Shown here: piece by piece, positions 10,991 through 21,296 of the stretch
Layout: every line of letters begins with the position of its first letter
Numbering within the stretch: the stretch's first letter is position 1
Assembly (NCBI RefSeq): GCF_006345805.1
Contig: NC_043024.1
Coordinates: 930,001-994,000, forward strand
Source of the DNA: Octopus sinensis
Taxonomy: Eukaryota
Direction: 5' to 3'
DNA length: 64,000 nucleotides
The notes under the pieces: generated by a model
What the model saw: only the letters and a program-made list of their open reading frames with translations
What the model was told of the DNA's origin: nothing
Database searches by the model: none
Made by a program: the position numbers and the translations under genes

Positions 10991-12180
10991 CTGCCGTGAA
11001 GGAAAGAGAAAGAAAGAAAGAGAATATTAAGCAGGGTGATTATAAAGTCAGGATACTAATGGTGAAAATCATGTTGAAAAAATAAGCATTTTCGCCTCTG
11101 CCCAGACTTCACGGCCACCCTGTCTGCATCCCGGGTGGTGTGTGTGTATATTAATACTGCATTAGGATTTTGGTGAAGTCTTACACCCTCGATTTCTTGC
11201 TAAATGAAAGAAGAATAGTGAAGAATTTTTGTGCCATGAAAAAAGCACCTGTGTTGGTGTCGTGTACAGGAGCAGCCATGACGGCATCACATAAAAGGTA
11301 CCCAGAACACTCTGTAAAGTGGTCGGCATTAGGAAGAGTATCCATCCATTGAAACCTTGCCAAAACAAGATGACCGGAACACGGTGCAGCCCTCTCGCTT
11401 GCCAGCTCTTGCCAAACTGTCAAACCCATGCAGGCATGGGTTTGATGATGATGATGATGATGATGATAGAGGCACAAGTGTTGCAAGAAGTTTGCTTCCT
11501 GACCATGTGGTTCTGGGTTCAGCCTCACTGTGTGGCACCTTGGACAAGCGTCTTCTATTACAGTCACAGGCTGACCAAAGACTTGTGAGAAACTGAAAGA
11601 AACCCCGTCATGCATGTATAAATATATGTTCTCTTTCTCTTAAATTTAGTTAAATTTGACAGGCTACTTGTTTATTATCAAGTTTTTTGAAGGAAAGCAT
11701 CTTTCAGATAAAGGATTTGCATTCTCTCCCCAAGAATCCATGTTCAAGCATACTTTGCTCCAGATGGGTCGGTATGTATCCTATTGCTCTAATAATAATA
11801 ATAGGTATGAAGCTAAAGCTGTAACTTGGGTACTGGATGGACGGACATGAGAGTGTTACTGTCTCCTTGCCTTGACATCATGGTAATGGTTGTAAATGAG
11901 TGTCATTGTTATACATGCGGTGTCCTTCATTTCCAATCTTCAGGCAAAACATGTCTGGTTATGGGAAGAGATCATTTGGCAGTGGACATTTCAAGATGAC
12001 CTGAAGACGGTCAACATTGTTTGGTACAAATGTGCAAAAATAGCAGCTGACCAAACCCAATGCACTTTCAGAGCACAAATGGACCAAAAGCTAAAACTTG
12101 CCTAACCCCACATATCACAGCTGACCACTACGACATCTATTGAGGTCAATTGACCTGAATAAACTCTATTTTATACTCAC

Positions 12181-12307
12181 CTTCATTTGCGTATCATCAA
12201 TACTGGCTTTATTTTTTCTATAAACTTGTTCTAAGACTGGATTGTGTGAAACTTTTCTCTGATGTTCTCGAATCCCCAGGTACCGGCCTATAGGGACAAT
12301 GATTAAA
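12181..12307 (-). CDS. CERS: Ceramide synthase internal exon, 127 nt, phase 2-0: LIIVPIGRYLGIREHQRKVSHNPVLEQVYRKNKASIDDTQMK
   Basis: Acceptor tttattttttttttaaattccag|T and donor AAG|gtgagt; matches the CerS segment FIAxPxxxxLxI...PNxxLExxY preceding and entering the Hox-like domain. Confidence 0.92.
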
Positions 12308-12961
12308 CTGGAATTTAAAAAAAAAATAAAGGATTAAAATTAGAATTAGGGTCTGGACAGCAAAGAACTATATAAAAAACTACAGAAATATCATATGTTA
12401 CTTTGGAAATATAATGATATCAATTTCATCTACATAAAACTATAAACACTTCAGGATTTAAATTGGCTGAAATATTCTGCTTGTTTTATGTTCAAATTGA
12501 CCAGATCCAGCCTCTCACACCTACCCTACAATGTTATTCTGAAAATAAACAATCACATCATTGAAATCTCAAAGCCATCAGATAATGCATGATTAATTCA
12601 AAACAATATGTATTAATAACCGTTACATTTGACAAAATAATCTCAATGCTAAATAGTCAAAAAAAAAAAAAAAAAAAAAAAAACTAATGAAACTTGCATC
12701 TATAAAACTATTAAAATACTCTAAAACTCAGATAAAACTCAAACGTAAATCTGCATTCACAGACTGTAACATTAGAGTAGAATCAGCATTCTTATCCATC
12801 AATTTATCTGGTTGGTGATTTGCCCAAACCAAGGCCATACGTCCACACCAGATGTCTCAATCTTCCATAGCAACCTTCCTATCCTCAAATTAGTATCTAG
12901 AGTCTTCCGCAAATTGATCAGTATATGTTCTTGTTAGTAACATTAAGTGATGAAGATGAGG

Positions 12962-12992
<31 letters not shown>

Positions 12993-12996
12993 TACA

Positions 12997-13272
12997 CAAG
13001 GTGTCCCAAAAAAAATGTATACACACTTTAGCAGCTGATAACTCGATATTTTTTCTTTCCAAATTAAACTCATTGGAATTAATGATGGCAGTCAGACTAA
13101 CCTTTGAGCACAAGAAATTCATTCCAAAACGTTACTGGAAGTGGGAAAACACAATTGAAGTGCAAAGACCGTTTAGGAGGGAGTTTCAAACAGACCCACC
13201 AAAACGACTTACCATAACTCGAATTAGAGATAAGTTTAAAGCCGATGGAACTGTTCAGAATGTCTATCAAGA
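12997..13272 (+). mobile_element. Tc1/mariner-superfamily 5' end: left TIR plus transposase N-terminus (DUF4817-type HTH), truncated
   Basis: TIR-like CAAGGTGTCCCAAAAAAAATGTATACACACTTTA; from 13085 MAVRLTFEHKKFIPKRYWKWENTIEVQRPFRREFQTDPPKRLTITRIRDKFKADGTVQNVYQ; cut by an RTE-tail insertion. Confidence 0.85.
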
Positions 13273-13289
13273 TCATAGGCATCTTTGCT

Positions 13290-13668
13290 AGTGGGGTGCT
13301 AAGAGCACCATCCAAGCGTGATCGTTGACAGAGCGGCTAACTGGCTTCTGTGCCAGTGACACGTAAAAGGCACCATTCAAGCGTGATCATTACCAGCATT
13401 GCCTTACTGGCACTTGTGCTGGTGGCACGTGAAAAACATTCAAGCGAGGTCATTGCCAGTACCGTCTGACAGGCCCCCGTGTAGTGGCACGTAAAAAGTA
13501 CCCACTACATTCTCGGAGTGGTTGGCATTAGGAAGGGCATCCAGCTGTAGAAACTCTGCCAGATTAAGATTGGTGCCTGGTGCAACCATCTGGTTCGCCA
13601 GTCCTCAGTCAAATCGTCCAACCCATGCTAGCATGGAAAGCGGACGTTAAACGATGATGATGATGATA
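13290..13668 (+). mobile_element. RTE-type 3' UTR/tail with repeated GGCACGTAAAA units and (GAT)n end
   Basis: Same tail as 8445-8652 and 31881-32180, extended further 5'. Confidence 0.82.
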
Positions 13669-14572
13669 ATATATATATGTGTGTGTGTGTAATTTGTTTA
13701 AATGACACAGAAACCAAGAATACCCAAGAGTATAAGTATTTATTTTTACTACAAAAAGCTTAGCAGTTCAATAAACAGAAATCAATAAAATATTTGCCAG
13801 ACAAAATCCGAGGCAGGGGGAGACACTAATATAATTGACCGAGGCTGGCCGTGGCCAAAACACCGAAACCAGACGAGAATTAAAGGAACCAAAAAGACTT
13901 GGTCCCATCTTGAAGACGCCAGAAATTAAAGGGTTTTCTCTGAAGCTCAAGGATGTCCCACAGACCAGTTGTCTGGTACACGAGTTCTCGGTAATGAGAA
14001 ATGCCAGCATGTAAGTACAAGCTTAAATGAACTAATGGAAAGATCACCACTTAGTGTTAATTGGGGAACATCATAAAAACAAACACATGAATTAAGTAAA
14101 CATACACACACACACATATATACATACATAGACATGTATACAAACACACACACACGTATCATATTACATATAATATAAATACATTATTTAAGGAAAGTTG
14201 TAAGACAGCATGTGTGAATAAACTGTAAATAATTTTACATGTGTATAATTAACAGCCACACAGATAGCCTTACTGTGTAAATAGAGCCTGCAGTTGCACC
14301 ACCAGAGGGCTCCACTCAAATAGCTTTACATGATGATCATCTGTGAACTAAGAGCATCTACTTTGTTCGTTCTGCAGAAGGGGACCAAGATTTCTGGTAA
14401 CAGGCACTGCTTCTATTCATTTGCATATCGGCTCATTTGTTAACGAGGGAACCGAGCTAAACGAAGTAAAATATTCTTTGTAAACTAGTAATAATGGAAG
14501 GAAACTAGTCAAGTTGTTCTACCGTTTGTCCAGTACAGAGAGAGAGACTTGGGGTTCAACAGCAGTATATAT

Positions 14573-14615
<43 letters not shown>

Positions 14616-16016
14616 AATATATATATATGTATATATGAAATGGTTGTAAAAGATAATAAAAATCTTGAGCTAAAAGGAGTCTGATACATATCACTACACA
14701 TATGTAGATATATCATCATTGCTTAAAGTCCGTGTTCCATTCTGGCATGGGTTGGACGGTTTGAAAAGGATCCACAGAACCCAAAGACTGCATCATGCCC
14801 CAGTGACTGCTTTGGCATGGTTGGATGGCATCAACCCTAATGCCATCTGGTTCTTGCCCTACTCCTCATCCATATCCTGTAGCATCTCTTACTTCTTGAG
14901 AGTTTTGCTCTGGTAACCCACTGCTACCATCTTTTCCCAGATACTCCCACCCACTCTTATATAAATTTAGGATAGCTTACCCCTGGCATAAAATCCCCTC
15001 TCTTACTCTCTCAAATACCCCTTTTCTTAATCTTCCCTTTCTTGCAAATTCCTAGAATGGAATTAGTATTCTGTATAGCAGTTGGAGTTAGGAAGGGCAT
15101 CTAGCAGGGAAGCCAAAGTGGGCATGGAGCATGATGCAGCCCCGTGGCTGGATCCTCTTAATTTATCTAACCCATGAAAGGAGATGTTAAATGATGATGA
15201 TGATGAATAATCTGAAAGGATCTAAGCAACCCCTACCCACCAAACCAAAGAACCAACAAAACCGACCCTAAAGGACAAGGCACTTCTAAAGAACATCTGA
15301 AGAAAGAAATAACCAGATATACCAGGCTCTTGGTCTCACAACCAAACATTGTTGACCTTTAAAGCTTTCTCTATTTTGCCGTTGTTTCTGTCTGCTTCTC
15401 AACAGAGTTATTTATGCTTTCATAAACTTCTGTTGTCCCTAAGGGGACAAGTTTTATTTATCATAAGAATACATCTGCTACCAAGTGATTCTACCATTTT
15501 AAATACAAAAGACATCAGTTTCCTGTCAAATTATCCTTTGTTGTTCCAATTCACAAAGCTCAAGACTTCTTTTGAAGGTCAGTATCCACCAACCCCATTT
15601 GTTATGATTAGGAAGGTTCCAGTTAATCTAATCAATGGAACAGACTGCTCATGAAATTAACCTTTACCATAGTTCTAATTAACATGCCCTTAACATAGTT
15701 CTAAAGGAAATTCAGCCTTACACAAAATGTGACAACGCTGGCCCTTAGTATTACAGGTACAATGCCTTTTTGCCAGCTGAGTGGGATGGAGCAATGTGAA
15801 ATAAAGTGTTTTGGTCAAGGATACAACACGCCAGCAGGAATTGAACTCATGACTGTGAGCTGAATGCCTTAACCACTAAGCCAAACTCTTTCACCAGCTA
15901 AATAATGCCTGCTATGATGCTTTGTGTAGGAGATTCCAGTAGACAGCATCATCAAAAAAGGTAAAGTTAAAATAAAGGAATCTTTTGCAGAGAGTAAAGG
16001 GTATTAAATTGGGAAA

Positions 16017-16247
16017 AGGCGGCGAGCTGGCAGAACTGTTAGCACGCCGGCGAAATGCTTAGCGGTATTTCATCTGTGTTACGTTGTGAGTTCGAATTCG
16101 GCCGAGGTCGACTTTGCCTTTCATCCTTTCGGGGTCGATAAATTAAGTACCAGTTACGCACTGGGGTCGATGTAATCAACATAATCCGTTTGTCTGTCCT
16201 TGTTTGTCCCCTCTGTGTTTAGCCCCTTGTGGGTAATAAAGAAATAG
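16017..16247 (+). mobile_element. SINE family B, full length
   Basis: AAGGCGGCGAGCTGGCAGAA...GCCTTTCATCCTTTCGGGGTCGAT...CCCCTTGTGGGTAATAAAGAAATA. Confidence 0.9.
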
Positions 16248-18319
16248 GTATTAAATTGGATTATTATAATAAGATTTTCTACCTTTGACGTGGTTGAGCA
16301 ACCAATCCTGACCAGTCATGATTTGCAGTATGGGCTGTAGTATTCACCCTTCTAATCACTGAATACACAACGTGGCTCACAAGACCTCCTCCAGTTGAGT
16401 GACTTCCCTGAGTATCTCACCCTCCTGGGCCAATCTGTCACAAGGTGACCCATTTACAGCTGAGTGGACTGAGAGCAATGTGAAATGAAGTGTTTTGCTC
16501 AGGGACACAATGCACAGCTGGTCTGGGAATTGAAACCACAATCTTGTGATTGAGAGTGTGACACTCTAACCACTAGGCCACGTTGATATACAAAGGAAAA
16601 TAATGGTTACAAAGTCTGCTGTTTATGATTAATGCAAATTAAGTCCTTTGAACATTCAATTAAGAAGTGAAACAAAACTTTCTGAGCACATTTAATTTTC
16701 TCCATCTTTAGGATGAATATTAGATGGAAACTGGAAAAGCCCATTGCGTGTGCAAGCTGGTGCCACAAAGAAGGGACTCATGCCAGTGCCACGTATAAAG
16801 CTGGTACCGAGTAGAAGAGGGAAGTATTACGTGGAAACAGGCAACGGTTGGTGACAGGAAGGGCATCCGGTCGTTAAAAATCCGCCACAACAAATTCTTT
16901 GCAAGCCATGTGAGCCTAGAAAAGTGGGGACATCAAAACAACGATGCTGAATCAGTGACAGTCCAAATGTGACACAGCACACGGCCGAAGTTCAACAAAC
17001 AATGAAAACCGCACGGGGTGGGTATGCGACAGAAACTCGCGGTAGAGGTTTGACTAACTTCTGGCAACGACACACTTGTGGCCTAATCACCACCGAAATT
17101 ACAGAGGCCGTCCATGTGTCTTTATTAAAACTGCATAAAACTGGAGGGTGTGGAGGGAGAATCCTTTCAGCAAAAAAAGAAGAAGCTATATATAGTAGTG
17201 ATTGGGGGCAGGTTTGTAGGTTCAATGGTTAAACTGCATAAAGAGAGGTTTTGCCTTCTCAGCCACAACCAACAACAGTACGGAGGGATGAGCCGACAGG
17301 ATGAGTCATTACGTGGTTGCGCTATCTGCTAGGAATAGCAGGTAAATTCCTCATCAGACCACGGAACCTTTCTTTAAAAAAGAGAGAGAATCGAAAAATA
17401 TGTTTCACAGGAAGCTTGCTTTGCAACCTTGTGATTTGAGTTGTAGATCCACTGTGTGGAACCTTGGGGGAAGGGTCTTCTACTAAGGCACCGGGGTGAC
17501 CAATGCCAGACTTTGAAAGAAGCATAACTACTGCGGTCGATTTGTTTGACTAAAACCCTTCAATGTGGTGCCCCAGCATGGCCGTAGTCCAGTGACTGAA
17601 ACAAGTGGAAGATAAAAAAGAAAAAACAAAACAAAAATCCCACTCAAAAAGGGACATATGGTTCTTTATACTCGAATGCTTTGACGAGCCAAGACTTTCC
17701 CAACGACTCCATTTGGCTTCTCGGTGTTAAAATAAAGTTGTGTCATGGATCACTCTAAAAATAGAATCATCATATCTACAGGCTTGTCATACAACTCTCA
17801 CATACTTAACCGTATTTCAGCTGAGATACTTCAAAAGTTTTAATTCAGCTAATTTCCTTCCATTAATACCTGTCCACCTGTGACTGGCTGGCGAGCACAT
17901 TTCGCTATTAACTATTATCAGCAATCCCACCTCAATTTACTTACTTGCTTGGCTTTCTTGTTGTAAGAGTGTGAAGAACATTTTGTCTGTCAATATTTCA
18001 AACCACTACACCCTTATATGTTGTTACACTGATAAACAAAAGCAATACAGATGTCACGCAAGCAAGATAGTAGTTTCAGTGGGAGAGGAGATACCTTAAA
18101 TATATATATATACAGGTATACAGACTAACTCCAGATTATGCCATGTCGGGTTACGACTTCACTGAAAGCTTTCTTAAATTTTTTCCCCCTTTAATTGTGA
18201 TTCTTTTATTTTATTTAGAGAAATTACTGGGGAAAATAAACACCAACTTCAGTCAATTTATCCAACTTTACGTCGCTCTCAGGAAACATTTAAAAGCATA
18301 AAAAATATTCTATATATCA

Positions 18320-18713
18320 CTAGCAGTATCGCCCGGCGTTGCTCGGGTTTGTAAGGGAAATAACTATATAAGCATTTTTAGAGATGTAAAGTATAATAGC
18401 CATCTTAATATGGTTAACCACAAAGGGGGGGGGGTTACTGTAGCTTTTTACGTTCTGAGATTTAATAATACATTTTTAGAGAGTTACTTCCCTTATATAT
18501 GCCAAAAATGCATAAAAAATGGGAAAAATTGATGGTAAATTTTTTTTTAAATCGTAGACTCATCGTAGACGCGCGCTAATACCCAGAAGGGCTCGATATG
18601 AATCACGACTATAAGATACCCGGTTTTGGTTAAATTGCACCACAAAATGTGGGAGTAGTTAGGAATCTAAATCGTAGGAGACAGACACACAACTTCACTT
18701 TTATATATAAAGA
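18320..18713 (-). mobile_element. Complete non-autonomous Helitron
   Basis: On the minus strand: A|TC 5' end, subterminal hairpin CCCGAGCAACGCCGGG, 3' CTAG|T end, inserted in an AT dinucleotide without TSD; these are the canonical Helitron hallmarks. Confidence 0.85.
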
Positions 18714-19787
18714 TTAGATATATAGAGTCCAAGTTTACAGAAAACAAAAGATGAAGACAGGTGATGGAATAAAAAGCAGGTGTGTGTGTGTGTATAATCA
18801 CCTGTGAAGTGAAAAATCAAATCAAATACATGGGAAAGTGTGTACACACTATTTATTAACACAATTATATATAAATAAAGTTTTGAAAACTTTTTTTTTG
18901 TGCTACTTTGGTTTTTGGGTTAAATCACATGTCTGAATCAATTAGCGACGTATATATATATCTGTTTATAGTTAATCCAGGCACATGGCAGTCACATCAG
19001 ATTCACTTTAACAGAACAATGAAAATATATAGTAACACACACACACACAATTTCTTGTATCAAGGTCAGTCTATTTCAGGCGTGGCTGTATGGTTACGAA
19101 GCCCCGCTTCCCAACCATGCCGTCGTGGGTTCAGCCCTACTGCTGACAAAAGCCATGTGAGTGGATTTGGGAGACGTACACTGAAAGAAACCCATTGTGT
19201 GTATGTATTAATGTATGCCATGTGCACATCCTCTGGTTGTTAGAGCTATTTTTAGTGTTCATTTATTTAATTTGACTACACACACATATATATATATATA
19301 TACATCATTTGAATATTCATGATCAGGTGTCAAAAGTGTCATCACACCAACTGCAACCCGATCACTGACACAGTTGCACTGCAGCTGGTTTGAGCTATAT
19401 ACAGGTTTCAGTGTTTTAACCCCTTCATTACCAACCTGGCTGAAACCGACTCTGGCTCTGTAGTAAAAATGTCTTATGCAACGAGGGATATCTATGCAAA
19501 AAGATACTAACAGGATAAGTACCAGGTTTCAAGAATATAAGTAGTGGGGGTCAGTTTGTTTGACAAAACCCTTCAGGTCTGGGCTGTGGCCATGGCTGAA
19601 GTCCAGAGGCTGAGACAAGTAAAACATAAAGGACACCAGTAAGAAATTGCGAATGAGGATATAACCCTCATGCTAGAGGATTCCGATAATATTAACAAGA
19701 CAAGTAACTTCTCCAAGAGCAATCACAGCTGAATCAGATCACCTACAAAGATACGCTTCACCAGTCAAGAACAGAAGATGCTGAATA

Positions 19788-19963
19788 GGCCACAGGAGTG
19801 GCTGTGTGGTAAGTAGCTTGCTTACCAACCATTAGGTTCCGGGTTCAGTCCCACTGCGTGACACCTTGGGCAAGTGTCTTCTACTATAGCCTCACGCCGA
19901 CCAAAGCCTTGTAAGTGGATTTGGTAGACGGAACCTGAAAGAAGCCCGTCATATATATGCATG

Positions 19964-19996
<33 letters not shown>

Positions 19997-20205
19997 ATAT
20001 GTTTTTGTGTCTGTGTTTGTCTCCCCAACATCGCTTGACAACTGATGCTGGTGTGTTTATGTCCCCGTCACTTAGCGGTTCGGCAAAAGAGACCGATAGA
20101 ATAAGTACTAGGCTTACAAAGAATAAGTCCTGAAATCGATTTGCTCAACTAAAGGCAGTGCTCCAGCATGGGCACAGTCAAATGACTGAAACAAGAGTAA
20201 AGAGA
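19788..20205 (+). mobile_element. SINE family A, full length
   Basis: tRNA-like head, CORE-like GTGACACCTTGGGCAAGTGTCTTC, internal TA/TG tract, tail ...ATGACTGAAACAAGAGTAAAGAG. Confidence 0.9.
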
Positions 20206-20254
20206 GGCCAATCCAAAGAAGAGATTAGAATGCTGCCATATTGCCGTGTTGCTA

Positions 20255-20455
20255 TTAACCCTTTAACATTGAAACCAGTAATATCTGGCTTAATTATTTT
20301 ATGCATTTTAAGTTCAAACTGGCCAGAGCTGGCCTCTCACACCTAACCTACAATGTCATTTTAACAATAAACAATCACATCATCAAAATCTTGAAGCTTC
20401 AAGGTAATGACTGATTAATTCATTACATTTGACAGAATAACCTGAATGCTAAAGG
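20255..20455 (-). mobile_element. piggyBac-like MITE, family 2
   Basis: TTAACCCTTTAAC...GCTAAAGG termini; reverse complement of 60663-60889; further copies at about 12450-12655 and 56855-57045. Confidence 0.7.
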
Positions 20456-21259
20456 TTTTCAGTACAACATGGAAAACAGATTAATATGCCTTTCAAAAAC
20501 ATAGAAAGACTTAACATCATTTGAATATTTATGATCAGGTGTCAAAAGTGTCATCACACCAACAGCAACCCGGTCACTGACACCAGTTGCACTGCAGCTG
20601 GTTTGAGGCTATATACAAGGCTTCAGTGTTTCAACCCTTTCATTACCAACCTGGCTGAAACCGACTCTGGCTCTGCAGTAAAAATGTCTTGTTTTTGTAA
20701 GTTCTGAATTAAAATCCTCCACCAAAACCTTAGTCACAATTTACGATCCTAAAACCAGCTTAATGATAACCAAGTTCTTTTACTAAATTCTTTGTTATAT
20801 TTAACACACACACACAAATACAAGGGGCTTCTTTCAGTTTCTACATGCCATATCCACAGTCAAGGCTTTGTTAAGCCTGGAGCTACAATAGAAGACACTT
20901 GCCCAAGGTGCCGAGCAGTGGGATTGAACCCGAAACCATATGCTTGGAAAGCAAGCTTCTAACCACACAGCCATGACTGCACCTAAATGTGAGAGAGACA
21001 GAGAGAGAGAGACCATTGGTTTCAAATTTTGGCACAAAGCCTACAATTTTGAGGAACAGGGTTAGTGTATTGCATTATTTTCAACTGGTACTTTATTTCA
21101 TCAACCCCACCAAAAGGGTGAAAGGCAAAGCTGACCCTGGTGGAATTTGAACTCAGAATGTAAAGTTGGAAGAAATGCTGCTAAGTATTTTTCCTGGCTT
21201 GGTAACGATTCTGCCAAGTCACCACAGCCTTATGTGTGAGGGTCACCCTCATCATTCAA

Positions 21260-21296
<37 letters not shown>

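Noticed and set aside
12840-12935. Possible CR1/L2-type RT fragment (minus: ILINLRKTLDT...RLLWKIETSGVD)
   Set aside because: Only a loose resemblance to DxxKAFD; too short and degenerate to list as a feature.
17335-17365. Minus-strand CTGATGA-GGAAT...ATTCC
   Set aside because: The stem is not followed by GAAA, and it lies in a degenerate SINE fragment.
10884-18028. Splicing 17945-18028 directly to 10990 in the alternative open frame (SHQRNIYEQSTYKKMDEDAE...)
   Set aside because: That frame is also open, but only frame 0 gives CerS homology and phase agreement with the flanking exons.
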